DNA of 64,000 nt, taken from contig JASTWF010000332.1 in NCBI GenBank assembly GCA_030390025.1, positions 434,001 through 498,000 on the forward strand, read 5' to 3'. The position numbers were made by a program, and so were the translations under genes. The notes beneath the pieces were generated by a model. The model saw only the letters and a program-made list of their open reading frames with translations. It had not been told where the DNA came from and made no database searches. Each line of letters opens with the position of its first letter. Position 1 is the stretch's first letter. Positions 1 to 12,059 of the stretch are shown piece after piece. The DNA is from Squalus acanthias. Taxonomy: Eukaryota.

Positions 1-108
1 AGATGTCACAATGGGGGCTGAAGTTGAAATCCTAGTCTTGATTGTCCTTTTAAAAAACTTCACTACTTCCCCTTGGTGAGTTCTGCAAGGTTTTGCTTGG
101 GCGGGGGA

Positions 109-296
109 GGGAGTAATTTTAACCTAACCCGTTCAGCAGAAACCTGACGGGATCGGATCGGCGGCCTGTTTTACAACTTGCCCGAAATTAAACTCCACCG
201 ACTTCGTTGGCAAGTGTAATCGGACGGGTTGTTAAATGGACGGTTGATCTGAACCCCTCAGTATCCAGCTGGGCCTTTTGGCTTAAAATTACCCCC
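109..296. mobile_element. Short MITE
   Basis: Ends GGGAGTAATTTTAA / TTAAAATTACCCCC. Interior resembles 563-737 and 15605-15796. Confidence 0.65.
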
Positions 297-562
297 GAGG
301 TTTCTAAAACTGTACCAATCCTTTGATGACTACGGTTGAGACCCCATTATCTGTGCTCCAATTGGCCACCTTTCTCCATTACCCATCGGAATTTTCACCA
401 GACAAAGACAGCGCCTCATTGCACTGCTCTCCAACAGTAATCTCCTCCTACCTCACATCTGTCAATCTTCACAGCCCAAAAAAAGATTAAATTCTGTTTG
501 TCCAATTAGTGTTTCTCCATTCCCATGTCTCGGGTATTACTGCACCATGCAAGACTGGAATT

Positions 563-737
563 GGGGGCGTAATTTTAACCTAACTGGCGCGGTGAGAAAC
601 TGACGGGATCGGGTCAGGTTTTACATCCTGCCCTGTGTTACTCTTCATTGACTTTAATGGAGAGTAAAATCGGCCGGAGTGTGAAACCACCCAATCCTGT
701 CCGTTTTCCATTGGGCAGATTAGGTTAAAATTACCCC
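563..737. mobile_element. Short MITE
   Basis: Inverted ends GTAATTTTAACCTAA / TTAGGTTAAAATTAC. Confidence 0.7.
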
Positions 738-944
738 TGTGGGTTGTCTTGATTATCCACCAATTTCAGTTATCCACCAAAGGGACCATCTCCAGTAAAG
801 CAAATAATGGAGGTTCCACTATATACTTCTTTGACAGCAAAAGTTAGATTAACATTGGCTCCAATTGCTTGTGTATACACCTCCCTAAAGTGTATAATAG
901 TACTGTACTAATTATAATACAATTAATATGCCAGCTGACTCATT

Positions 945-1581
945 GGCCCCGATTTTAAAGGGAGGGAGGGTATGGAGTGCGTGAGCCCCGAAGCAAATGG
1001 CTCACCCGGAGAGTCCGGCGATGTGGAGGTTCAGACAATCTTAACGGCCGGGGTCTCATTTCTGTAAATTTTCTTCGTGACCCACCCAAACCACAGGCGG
1101 GAGCGGGAATTCGGCGGCAGGAGGCCACAGCCGGGGACCCACAAGATCGATCCCCGGCAGTCAAGTAAGCGGGGGTGGGGGAGAGGAGAGGGGAGGGGTG
1201 GGGAGCCGGTGGCAAGGGAGGCTCACTCCTGCTCCTCCTGGCCCACAGGGAAACCTAAAATTAAATTTTAATTACTTACCTGCCTGGGCCTCTTCTGGCC
1301 AACCCCACCGACAGGTTTGGGTGCAGTCAGAGAGGGGAACTTTATTTGTAGGGCCTGGGGTGGCTGTTCCCCCACTCGGGCCTCCCAACTAAAATTGCAG
1401 ATTGGGTCCCGATTACATTATCTGCATATTTAAACAGGACCAGGCTGCCTTCCTGCGGGCGCCCCACTCGCCTGCTCAAAAGAGCAGGTTAGCATCGGGA
1501 CATGGCGGGGAGGCAGCGGGGCTGGAGGGGGTAAGTCGCTGCCCTCATTTTAACTGGCGGGGGGGAGTTAAAATCGGGGCC
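945..1581. mobile_element. GC-rich MITE (Harbinger-like)
   Basis: 18-bp perfect inverted repeat CATTGGCCCCGATTTTAA (941) / TTAAAATCGGGGCCAATG (1585). Confidence 0.75.
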
Positions 1582-3353
1582 AATGCATCATTGAATGCTG
1601 ATGTAAATGCTGTGTAAGCAACAATGTACAACTGCACCAGTAAAGAAAGTAGACATACACAGAACTGTAGAACACTATCACTAGGATGTGACCTTAGCAA
1701 CTGGAGTATTGGTTTTAATGTTCATTATCCAGGGGCCTGCTCAACAATAACCAAATAAAGTTGCCCTCTCTGATCGCTACCCAAAAAAAAAGTGTCATTG
1801 GATTTTATTCTTATTGTTCACGGCTGAATCATGCTCAGGATACTAGAGTAGATTTTCTGTTCTGTATGACTGGGAGAAGTGACGTGGAATGGCCAATCGA
1901 GGTCAGCCAGTGTCTGGGCCAAGGAACTCTCAGTTCCTACCTGCTTATTTTGAGTACATGATAATAGACTTTAACTTTGGGTTTATGACCGATTGAATTG
2001 GTCAGTATTTGTTTTCCAGCATTTTGTTTTGCCCCAGACTTTTGGCAGCAGGATTTATCATTGCTACAATAAACATTCTGGATAGGGGAGCGCCAGTGGT
2101 GCTCCTCTCTCTTTCTGTTTTTGTGTGTTAGTTGGAAGAAGAGGATGAAAGGAGGGAACTCCAAGGCAGGCTTTGTTTGCAGCAGAAGCAGAACTCACTC
2201 ATCCACACAAGTTGTGTCTGTCGACCCAGGCATGGGAATATCTGTGAAAAGTGCATTCATAGACTGCACAAATTGTTGGACCAGAGCCTGTGGTGTTTCA
2301 CCCATTAATATTAATGGATGGAACATCGTAGATTGTGGGCCAGGGATTTCCCAACCTATTCACTTGAGAACACTCTTGAGAGAGCAGATGATCGTGAATG
2401 GGCCCGCTATGCACTGCCTTATTCTGAAGCAGAGAAATAGTGTTTAGCTGTTCAAAGTTTGAAGAGCAGTTGAGGAGTGAGACCCAAATGTCCATCCTGC
2501 CTCCCAGCTTAAGTGCGAGTAATTGAACATGCAGCTTGCAGGTAGGTTCTTTGGAAAGGTTGCTTTGTGGACTCACCTTTCCAAAAAGTAATGTAACTAC
2601 ACTTACAGTTTGAAGTGGCAGTAAAGAAAGCACTCTGATGCGTGGGAAGCTTAGAAAGATGTTTTGTGAATACTTAGCTTGCAGCTTCTGTCATGATGAG
2701 AGGACACCCATTGTGGCATGCATTATTTGCCCATCTACTTGATATAATGAAATATCGGCTAGCCTTATCATGATAGACTTCCTCAAGTTGTTAAACATTT
2801 TCCTCAGCCGCTTGCAAGTTCTTTGGCGGTTGGGTGCGGCACTGATTCTGTCTGCCACCTAAAGTCAAGCAGACTGGTTGGAGCTTCTGTGTGGAGGACG
2901 TGCTGTGGTTCCAAACAGAGCAACCCTTCTTTGTCACAAGTTTTCCTCAAACACCTCCAAAGCAGCTTCAGAAAAGGAAGTGCTGTGTGCCCTCAACCAG
3001 CCCCTTGCAGGTTTATCACCCAGTAAAAAATATGGGACACCTTTAAATAGCCTTTAAGAGCTAAGCTCTTGCTAGCCGGCCCATTCCGGGTCGCGTGCTT
3101 GCTGTGCATAATTAATTAGGCCAACATCACCGAATCTGGCAGGGTTGGCCCACATGACTTTGGTGAGCACAAAGCTCGCTGCGCTCCGATCCTGCGGTTT
3201 CACTGCCGGGACTGGATGACTTATCCTGTCGAACAATTTTATCACATTCTGTTGCTTGGTATTGACATTCATGCTTCATTCAGCCTTAAAATGAAAGGAC
3301 AGAGGGGATTAATGTGAAGATAATGCAGCAATTTCTGTGCTTCCTTCCTGCAG

Positions 3354-3452
3354 AAGGCTGATATGTACAGCTTCGGAATGGTAATGCTGGACATGCTGTT
3401 TCAGTGCACAGCACAAGAACGCCAGAAGTGGAAGGATCGGATTGGACAATGT
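3354..3452 (+). CDS. EIF2AK4-like: GCN2-like exon, kinase subdomains IX-X: KADMYSFGMVMLDMLFQCTAQERQKWKDRIGQC
   Basis: ttccttcctgcag acceptor, gtaaga donor, 99 bp, phase 0-0. Matches the eIF2a-kinase K-x-D-x-[YF]-S-x-G...T..ER pattern (GCN2 KVDLFSLG...TASER). Confidence 0.9.
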
Positions 3453-3711
3453 GTAAGAATTTAACTTTACCCTAAACAATGACTAAATGACAGCTGTAAA
3501 CAAAAGATGTTTAATTCGGTTCGTCCCTTTTGGGAAGGCACTGACCTTTGTTGGACTGCTTTCTTGTTCTTTTTCGTCTTGTTACTTTAAACGCCAAATT
3601 GCACACACACTCAGTTGCAGTGATGTAGGATCAGATCTTTATTGAAACCTCATACAATCCACAAGTACACAAGTGTATGAGTGCACAGATCTTTTCATAC
3701 TACACCATTGC

Positions 3712-4215
3712 AGTGTGAGCGAACTGCTGAGACACCACACTTCACGATTCCAGTGTGAGCTCTTGAGACATCATACTCTCACGATTCCAGTATGAGCTCT
3801 TGAGACATCATACTCTCACGATTCCAGTGTGAGCTCTTGAGACATCATACTCTCACGATTCCAGTGTGAGCTCTTGAGACATCATACTCTCACGATTCCA
3901 GTGTGAGCTCTTGAGACATCATACTCTCACGATTCCAGTGTGAGCTCTTGAGACATCATACTCTCACGATTCCAGTGTGAGCTCTTGAGACATCATACTC
4001 TCACGATTCCAGTGTGAGCTCTTGAGACATCATACTCTCACGATTCCAGTGTGAGCTCTTGAGACATCATACTCTCACGATTCCAGTGTGAGCTCTTGAG
4101 ACATCATACTCTCACGATTCCAGTGTGAGCTCTTGAGACACCACACTTCACGATTCCAGTGTGAGCTCTTGAGACATCATACTCTCACGATTCCAGTATG
4201 AGCTGCTAAAGACAG
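3712..4215. repeat. 37-bp minisatellite, ~13 copies
   Basis: Unit CTCTTGAGACATCATACTCTCACGATTCCAGTGTGAG, near-identical copies. Confidence 0.95.
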
Positions 4216-4578
4216 ACTCACTCGCAATCTTATACTACATTTCACCTTTGATCATTACTTTCTATGTATACCACCAATAATTCATAGCACATCAAAGATA
4301 CATACAAATGACAACAGAATAACAGCATGAACTAAACAAACATGCACTTCCATAAACACAAGAGACCTAATGTCATAAACTTCCCATTCTCCTAAACACA
4401 AGTGACCAAGCTGACACATTCCAGACCGTTACAGTTATGGCTGAATGACTCTTACACATTCTTCTATTTTACTTTCCTGTGACGATATTCTTGTTTTAAA
4501 ATCCCCTTACACAATTTACAACCCGTGCTCAGCAGAAAGCTGTTTTAACTTTTAACTCATTGTGTGCTGGTCTCACAG

Positions 4579-4608
4579 ACAGCCCAGAAAGAACACCGAG
4601 GCACCCAG
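4579..4608 (+). CDS. EIF2AK4-like: Probable 30-bp exon: TAQKEHRGTQ
   Basis: tctcacag acceptor, CAG/gtaatg donor, phase 0-0. Weak similarity to GCN2 ...GEHAKQ. Confidence 0.55.
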
Positions 4609-4829
4609 GTAATGTGAACCCTCGTTCCCACAGCCTCCACTTAGTGTTTGTCCTCCGTGGAATCAAATGATCTTTTACAGTGCATAGTGTACACTTAGAT
4701 GCTTGCGTTTTCTTTTAAGGTTAAAGCAGTAACAACAAAGGTGAACTAAATCTTTATTCTTAAAATTACTGATTCCATTTTTAAAAACAAATTAAAATAT
4801 GCTTTTGATGTCTCCGCATTACTTTGCAG

Positions 4830-4907
4830 AACTCTCAATGCTACATACATGAACTTTTTGTTGACAAAACAAAGGCCTTCCTTTTGCAACCAGAATTCTT
4901 GAGCTTG
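4830..4907 (+). CDS. EIF2AK4-like: Exon: NSQCYIHELFVDKTKAFLLQPEFLSL
   Basis: actttgcag acceptor, consensus gtgagt donor, 78 bp open, phase 0-0. Confidence 0.7.
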
Positions 4908-4963
4908 GTGAGTAACTGAGCCATTTAAGGTTCAACTTTAGCAGCAGATTCTTTTTGAAGTAC

Positions 4964-5123
4964 AGTACTGAGGGAGTGATGCATTTTTGGAGGTGCCGTC
5001 TTTCAAATGAGACATTAAACTGAGGACCTGTCTACCCTCTCGGGTAGACATAAAAGATCCCATGGCACGATGGGAAGAAGAATCAAGTGTTCTCCTGGTG
5101 TCCTGATCAACATTTATCACTCA
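4964..5123 (+). mobile_element. Deu-domain SINE fragment
   Basis: GTGCCGTCTTTC..ATGAGACATTAAAC..AAAAGATCCCATGGCAC, shared with 21924-22400. Confidence 0.75.
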
Positions 5124-5184
5124 GCAATATTTACAAAGGCAGTACATTAGATTTGGTGAATTACAGGCCCTTAGCTTGATTTTG

Positions 5185-6400
5185 GTTACAGGCAAGTTGG
5201 TACAAAGGATCTTAGAGATACTGTATCACCACCTCAACAGAGAAGGGGTTATCAGAGGCTCTCAATGTGGAAAATGTCTTGCCTCACCAAGCTGAGAATT
5301 TTTTAAGGAATTTACTAGGTTGGTGGATCTAGGTAGCCCAGTTGACATTGTATGTCTTGATTTTCAAAAGGCCTTTGGCAAGGTGCCACGCAATAGTCTA
5401 CTTAATAAAACTGAGTCCTGTGGGATTAGTGGGCATTTGTTGAGTTGGATACGGAATTGATTGCATTCTCGTAGGCAGAAGATTGTTATTAATGGGGACC
5501 AGTTACTAGTGGAGACCCGCAGGGGTTGGTGTTAAGGCCGGTGCTTTTCATAATCTATATTAACGATCTGGATGAAGGCATTGGGGGAACTGTCCGCAAG
5601 TACGTGGGTGATACAAAGATTTATACGAGTGTTAGGACCTTAGATGAGGATTGCAAGCAGATATAGATGCGAGGGGGAATGGACTCACATCTGGCAGATA
5701 TCACTTAATATAGATAAATATAGTGTTCCACATGTTGTAATGCCAAGCATGTGCACACCATGCAGGGGTTGCGAGCTTAGGGTTGGTATGCGGGAGAAGA
5801 ACCTTGGTGTTCTAGTATCTGAATCTCTGAAGGTCCATGAGCAGTACCGTGAGGTTATTGTAAAAGTAAATAGAGATTGAGAATGTATTACCATGGCGAT
5901 TATATACAAAACAAAAAAACAATTTACTGTCCTCGTTTAAGACGATGGTTAGGACTCATTTAAATACTATGTCCAGTTTTGTTCACCTCTCGTGGTGGGT
6001 GATATAGAGGGCTCAGGAAAAGATTCAGAAAAAGGTTACTAGATTGGTATGTAGTTTATAAGTCCTTAGTTACCACAATAGGCTTGGCGAGTTGGGATTT
6101 TACTATAGAAAAGCATCGACTTTGAGGAGATTTGACTGAGATCTTTAAAATAATGAAATTATATGTGGATAGGCTATTTGAATTAGATAGGTTAAGGAGG
6201 ACCATAAGTTAGATAAGCGCAGAACTAGATTTGATGTCAGGGGGTACTTCTTTTCAAAGAGAGTTGTGGACCTCCGGAATAAGTTGCTGGTTCAACGAGT
6301 GCGGATTCACTGCAAACATTCAAAAGGGCGCTGGACAAGTTCCTGACTGCGGCCAGCATCACGAATATTGAAGGTGGTTGGGGTATTGGGGGGATGGGTC
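5185..6400 (+). mobile_element. Old degenerate CR1 LINE, RT and 3' part
   Basis: Decayed LDFQKAF.KVPH, PQG.VL.P.LF.IYINDL and CVQF.SP motifs with stops and frameshifts. Confidence 0.8.
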
Positions 6401-6723
6401 TCCCAGTCACCGTGGTGTCCTGGAACTTGTTTGATTGCTAGGATAAAGGTTTTAAAATGGCTGAATTTTAAAGCTATTAGAAGTTATCTTCAGGCAGTCC
6501 AAATGTGGTATATTTATACAAATAGAAGTTTATGGAAAATATTAAGTTAACTTTTCAATTGGTCCTCTGCATGTCTCACCCTCCATCAAGTTTGATGACT
6601 CATTAGAATTGTATGGTACAACAGTTAATCTTAGACTATATTGTAATGTGTACTAGCATAGACAGTTATAATTTGAAGTGAAGCAATCAGATTGCTTTAT
6701 TTCAACCTCGAATGTATAGTAAA

Positions 6724-6969
6724 AAGAAAGACTTGCATTTATATAGCTCCTTTCACGACCTCTGGATGTCCCAAAGCGCTTTACAGCCAATGAAGTACTT
6801 TTGAAGTGTAGTCACTGTTTTAATGTAGGAAACGTGGCAGCCAATTTACCCACAAACAGCAATGAGATAATGACTAGATAATCTGCTTTTTACTGGTGTT
6901 GGTTGAGGGATAGATATTGGCCAGGACAGCGGGGAGAACTCCCTTGCTCTTCTTTGAAATAGTGCCATG
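6724..6969 (-). mobile_element. SINE 3' half
   Basis: Reverse complement of the 3' half of the 21924-22400 SINE. Confidence 0.85.
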
Positions 6970-7160
6970 AATGTGTATTGATTTTGAATGTGTATTGATT
7001 TTGAATGTGTATTGATTTTGAATGTGTATTGATTTTGAATGTGTATTGATTTTGAATGTGTATTGATTTTGAATGTGTATTGATTTTGAATGTGTATTGA
7101 TTTTGAATGTGTATTGATTTTGAATGTGTATTGATTTTGAATGTGTATTGATTTTGAATG
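6969..7160. repeat. 17-bp tandem repeat, ~11 copies
   Basis: (GAATGTGTATTGATTTT)n, perfect copies. Confidence 0.95.
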
Positions 7161-7596
7161 GAGCCACCTGATTCCTTGGGCTGGATTTTTCCATCCTCGG
7201 CGGGTCCGGGATGGGCGTCGTCGGTGGCGTGTGGGGACCTCGCATCTGTGTTGATCCCGGCCTCCAACAAGATACTCCGATGATTAGACTTGTTAAGCCC
7301 GCCCTGCAAGGTTCCCGGCCAATTAATAGAAAGCAGGTTGGATGACGTCATTTGATGACGCGTCATCAGCCGGTTTCCTTAAAGGGGTCATGTCCAAATT
7401 GATTTTGACAGTTCTTCTGTCAGTGTTCTGCAGCATTGAGGTGCTGCACCCATGACTCCCTCCATATGTGGATAGACTGGAGAAGCTGGGGTTGTTCTCC
7501 TTAGAGCAGGGTTGTCAGGAGGACCTGGCTGCAGTGGCACAAACCTTTCAATGATCACAGTAGATCATGAAACGTTAATGCAAAGCCACACTCAAC

Positions 7597-7780
7597 GTCA
7601 CAGGACGGAGTGAGGAGACTCAGATCAAACTGTCACAGGACGGAGTGAAGAGACTCAGCTCAAACTGTCACAGGACGGAGAGTGAAGAGACTCAGATCAA
7701 ACTGTCACAGGACGGAGAGTGAAGAGACTCCGATCAAACTGTCAGGACGGAGTGAAGAGACTCAGATCAAACTGTCACAG
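7597..7780 (+). repeat. Five 34-37 bp monomers at the CR1 5' end
   Basis: GTCACAGGACGGAGTGAAGAGACTCAGATCAAACT repeated. Confidence 0.9.
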
Positions 7781-7849
7781 AAGTGTATTGTTTTAATTTA
7801 AATTAATTAAAGGGTAAATAATATTAATAAATTTAATTAATTACATAGA

Positions 7850-8806
7850 ATGGGAGAGCAGGTGATGTGTTACTGCTGCAATATGTGGGAGCTGGTGGAC
7901 ACCATTGATGTTCACGGTGATCACATTTGCAGTAAGTGTTGGCTGCTCGAGGAACTCCGGCTCCGTGTTGATGAGCTGGAGTCCGAGCTTCAAACACTGC
8001 GACACATCAGGGAGGGGGAGAGTTACCTGGACTCTGTGTTCCAGGAGGTAGTCACACCAATTAGATTAACTAATTCAGATGTAGCCCGTGATCAGGGACA
8101 GGAGGGTGTGACTACGAGTGAGGCAGGTACGGGGATCCAGGAGGTAGTGTTGGAGGAGCCGCAGCCCTTGCTCTTGTCCAACAGGTTCGAGGCTCTTACT
8201 CCCTGTGAGGACGGGAGCAGGGACTGCAGGGAGGATGAGCAACCTGGCCACAGCACCGTGGTACGGGGAGCCATTCAAGTGGGGGGAGTAAAAAGAAATG
8301 TTGTAGTGGTAGGGGATAGTATCATTAAGGGGATAGATAGGGTTCTTTGCAGCCGAGAGCAAGAGTCCCGAAGGCTGTGTTGCCTGCCCGGTGCCAGGGT
8401 TAAGGACATCTCCTCTGGGCTGGAGAGAAACTTGGAGTGGGAGGGGGAAGATCCAGTTGTCGTGGTCCATGTTGGTACCAATGACATAGATAGGACAAGG
8501 AATGAGGTTCTGCTGAGGGAGTATGAGCAGCTAGGGGCCAAATTAAAAAACAGAACCTCTAGGGTAGTAATCTCTGGATTACTACCTGAGCCACGAGCAA
8601 ATTTGGCTAGGGTAAATAAAATCAGAGAGTTAAATGCGTGGCTCAAAGACTGGTGTGGGAGAAATGGGTTTTGCTTCCTGGGACACTGGCACCAGTACTG
8701 GGACAGGAGAGAGCTGTTCCGTTGGGACGGACTTCACTTGGCCAGTGCTGGGACTAGAGTCCTGGCGAATCGAATAACTAGGGCTGTAGAGAGGGCTTTA
8801 AACTAA
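7850..8806 (+). CDS. CR1 ORF1p (zinc finger/leucine zipper + SGNH esterase domain), intact
   Basis: CxxCxM...CxKC followed by a heptad coiled coil; GDSII, CLPGA, HVGTND and DGLHL motifs. Confidence 0.93.
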   Translation: MGEQVMCYCCNMWELVDTIDVHGDHICSKCWLLEELRLRVDELESELQTLRHIREGESYLDSVFQEVVTPIRLTNSDVARDQGQEGVTTSEAGTGIQEVVLEEPQPLLLSNRFEALTPCEDGSRDCREDEQPGHSTVVRGAIQVGGVKRNVVVVGDSIIKGIDRVLCSREQESRRLCCLPGARVKDISSGLERNLEWEGEDPVVVVHVGTNDIDRTRNEVLLREYEQLGAKLKNRTSRVVISGLLPEPRANLARVNKIRELNAWLKDWCGRNGFCFLGHWHQYWDRRELFRWDGLHLASAGTRVLANRITRAVERALN

Positions 8807-8844
8807 TTAGTGGGGGGGAGGTTTCAAGAGAGCAAAAAATAAAA

Positions 8845-11783
8845 ATGTCAGCGGAGAAGGCAATAGAGCAAAGTAGCAGTGGGGTAATTAAAAACCAGAG
8901 CGTGTCAGGAAGGGACAGAATATATAAAGATAAAGGTAAAGTAGTAAAGGGGGTAAAAGCAGGAATAAATTGTCACAAAACATATTTAAAAGTTCTTTAT
9001 CTGAATGCACGCAGCATTCGTAACAAAATAGACGAGTTGACGGTACAAATAACTACGTATGGGTATGATCTTGTGGCCATTACAGAAACATGGCTGCAGG
9101 GTGACAACGACTGGGAATTAAATATGCCAGGGTATTTAACAATCAGGAAGGACAGGCAGGAAGGAAGAGGAGGTGGGGTAGCTATGTTAATAAAGGAAGG
9201 AATCACTGTATTACAGAGAAATGATATTGGGTCAAAGGATCAGGATAATGAAACAGTTTGGGTGGAGATAAGGAATAATAAGGGGAAAAAAACACTAGTG
9301 GGAGTAGTATATAGGCCTCCTAATAGTTGCAACTCTGCTGGAAGAAGTATTAATCAGGAAATAGTTGGGGCATGTAATAAGGGAACAGCTATAATTATGG
9401 GGGATTTTAACTATCATATTAACTGGACAAATCAAATTGGGCAGGGCAGCCTTGAGGAAGAGTTTATTGAGTGTATTAGGGATGGATTTCTTGAGCAGTA
9501 TGTAACTGATCCTACAAGGGGGCAAGCAACCTTGGACCTGGTCCTGTGTAATGAGTCAGGATTAATTAATAATGTCCTAGTTAAGGATCCCCTTGGAATG
9601 AGTGACCATAACATGGTTGAATTCCATATCCAATTAGAGGGTGAGAAGGTTGGTTCTCAGACAAGCGTACTGAGCTTGAATAAAGGAGACTATGATGGTA
9701 TGAGAGCAGAATTGATTAAAGTGGACTGGGAAAATAGATTAAAGGGTAAGACGGTACATGAGCAGTGGTGTTCATTTAAGGAGTTATTTTACAACTTTCA
9801 AAAAATATATATTCCACTGAGGAAAAAAGGGTGTAAAAGAAATGACAGCCATCCGTGGCTAAGTAAAGAAATTAAGGATAGTATCCAACTAAAAACAAGG
9901 ACATATAAGGTAGCCAAACTTAGTGGAGGATAGAAGATTGGGAAGTCTTCAAAAGACAGCAAAAAGTAACTAAAGGATTGATTAAGAAAGGGAAGATAGA
10001 TTATGAAAATAAATGAGCAAAAAATATAAAAACAGATAGCAAGAGTTTCTATAGTTATATAAAAAGAAAAAGGGTGGTTAAGGCAAACGTAGGTCCCTTA
10101 GAGGATGAGACCGGGAAATTAATGGTGGGAAACATGGAGATGGCAAAAATGCTGAACAAATATTTTGTTTCAGTCTTTACGGTAGAGGACACTAAGAATA
10201 TCCCAACACTGGACAAACAGGCTCTAGGGGGGGAGGAGCTAAATACGATTAAAATCACTAAGGAATTGGTACTCAGTAAAATAATGGGACTCAAGGCGGA
10301 TAAATCCCCTGGACCTGATGGCTTACATCCTAGGGTCTTGAGGGAAGTGGCAGTAGGGATTGTGGATGCTTTGGTAATAATTTTCCAAAATTCCCTGGAC
10401 TCAGCAAAGGTCCCGGCAGATTGGAAAACTGCTAATGTAACACCCTTATTTAAAAAGGGTAGTAGGCAGAAGGCTGGAAATTATAGACCAGTTAGTCTAA
10501 CATCTGTGGTGGGTAAAATTTTGGAGTCTATTATTAAGGAGACAGTAACGGAACATTTAGATAAACATAATTTAATAGGACAAAGTCAGCATGGCTTTAT
10601 GAAGGGGAAGTCATGTCTGACAAATTTGCTTGAGTTCTTTGAGGACATAACGTACAGGGTGGATAAAGGGGAACCAATGGACGTAGTGTATTTAGACTTC
10701 CAGAAGGCATTCGACAAGGTGCCACATAAAAGATTATTGCTCAAGATAAAAAATCACTGGATTGGGGGGAATATTCTGGCATGGGTGGAGGATTGGTTAT
10801 CTAACAGGAAGCAGAGAGTTGGGATAAATGGTTCATTCTCGGACTGGCAACCAGTAGCCAGTGGTGTTCCGCAGGGGTCGGTGCTGGGTCCCCAACTCTT
10901 TACAATCTATATTAACGATTTGGAGGAGGGGACCGAGTGTAACATATCAAAGTTTGCAGATGATACAAAGATGGGAGGGAAAGTAGAAAGTGAGGAGGAC
11001 ATAAAAAACCTACAAGGGGATATAGACAAGCTGGGTGAGTGGGCAGAGATTTGGCAGATGCAATACAATATTGGAAAATGTGAGGTTATGCACTTTGGCA
11101 GGAAAAATCAGAGAGCAAGTTATTATCTTAATGGCGAGAAACTGGAAAGTACTGCAGTACAAAGGGATCTGGGGGTCCTAGTGCAAGAAAATCAAAAAGT
11201 TAGTATGCAGGTGCAGCAGGTGATCAAGAAAGCCAACGGAATGTTGGCTTTTATTGCTAGGGGGATAGATTATAAAAACAGGGAGGTATTGCTGCAGTTA
11301 TATAAGGTATTGGTGAGACCGCATCTGGAATACTGCATACAGTTTTGGTGTCCATACTTAAGAAAAGACATACTTGCTCTCGAGGCAGTACAAAGAAGGT
11401 TCACTCGGTTAATCCCCGGGATGAGGGGGTGGACATATGAGGAGAGGTTGAGTAGATTGGGACTCTACTCATTGGAGTTCAGAAGAGTGAGAGGCGATCT
11501 TATTGAAACATATAAGATTGTGAAGGGGCTTGATCGGGTGGATGCGGTAAGGATGTTCCCAAGGATGGGTGAAACTAGAAGTAGGGGGCATAATCTTAGA
11601 ATAAGGGGCTGCTCTTTCAAAACTGAGATGAGGAGAAACTTCTTCACTCAGAGGGTAGTAGGTCTGTGGAATTTGCTGCCCCAGGAAGCTGTATCATTAA
11701 ATAAATTTAAAACAGAAATAGACAGTTTCCTAGAAGTAAAGGGAATTAGGGATTACGGGGAGCGGGCAGGAAATTGGACATGA
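8845..11783 (+). pseudogene. CR1 ORF2 (AP endonuclease + reverse transcriptase), disrupted
   Basis: NARSI, ITETWL, GDFN, SDH; QHGF, PQGSVLGP, FADD. Frameshift near 9928 and in-frame TGA at 10014. Confidence 0.93.
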
Positions 11784-12059
11784 GGCTGAGTTCGGATCGG
11801 TCGAGGCCCTGTGGGTGGCGTAGCGGGCCCAGGGGCTGAGTGGCCGGGTCCTGCTCCTACTTCTTGTGTTCTTTAGATTTGAGGTGAGGATCAGATCAGC
11901 CATGATCTTATTGAATGGCGGAGCAGGCTCGAAGGGCCGATTGGCCTACTCCTGCTCCTATTTCTTATGTTCTTATTAACCTCATCCTCCTGTGCCACTC
12001 ATCACATCCCCATCACTCTGCCTTCCCTACCCTACTCCTGCACATCCTTACACCAACTT

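Larger units (their letters stand above)
7597..11976 (+). mobile_element. Near full-length CR1 LINE
   Basis: 5' tandem monomers, ORF1, ORF2 (APE + RT), and a 3'UTR ending in a TTCTTATGTTCTTAT tail. Confidence 0.95.

Noticed and set aside
1..3353. Upstream kinase exon (activation loop GT..Y.SPE)
   Set aside because: No convincing candidate found by eye; probably upstream of the window.
3712..4215. 37-bp repeats as a CRISPR-like array
   Set aside because: Units are contiguous with no unique spacers, and the context is a eukaryotic intron.
6874..7366. ORFs with repeated FKINTHSKSIHIQNQYT
   Set aside because: Translation of a 17-bp tandem repeat.
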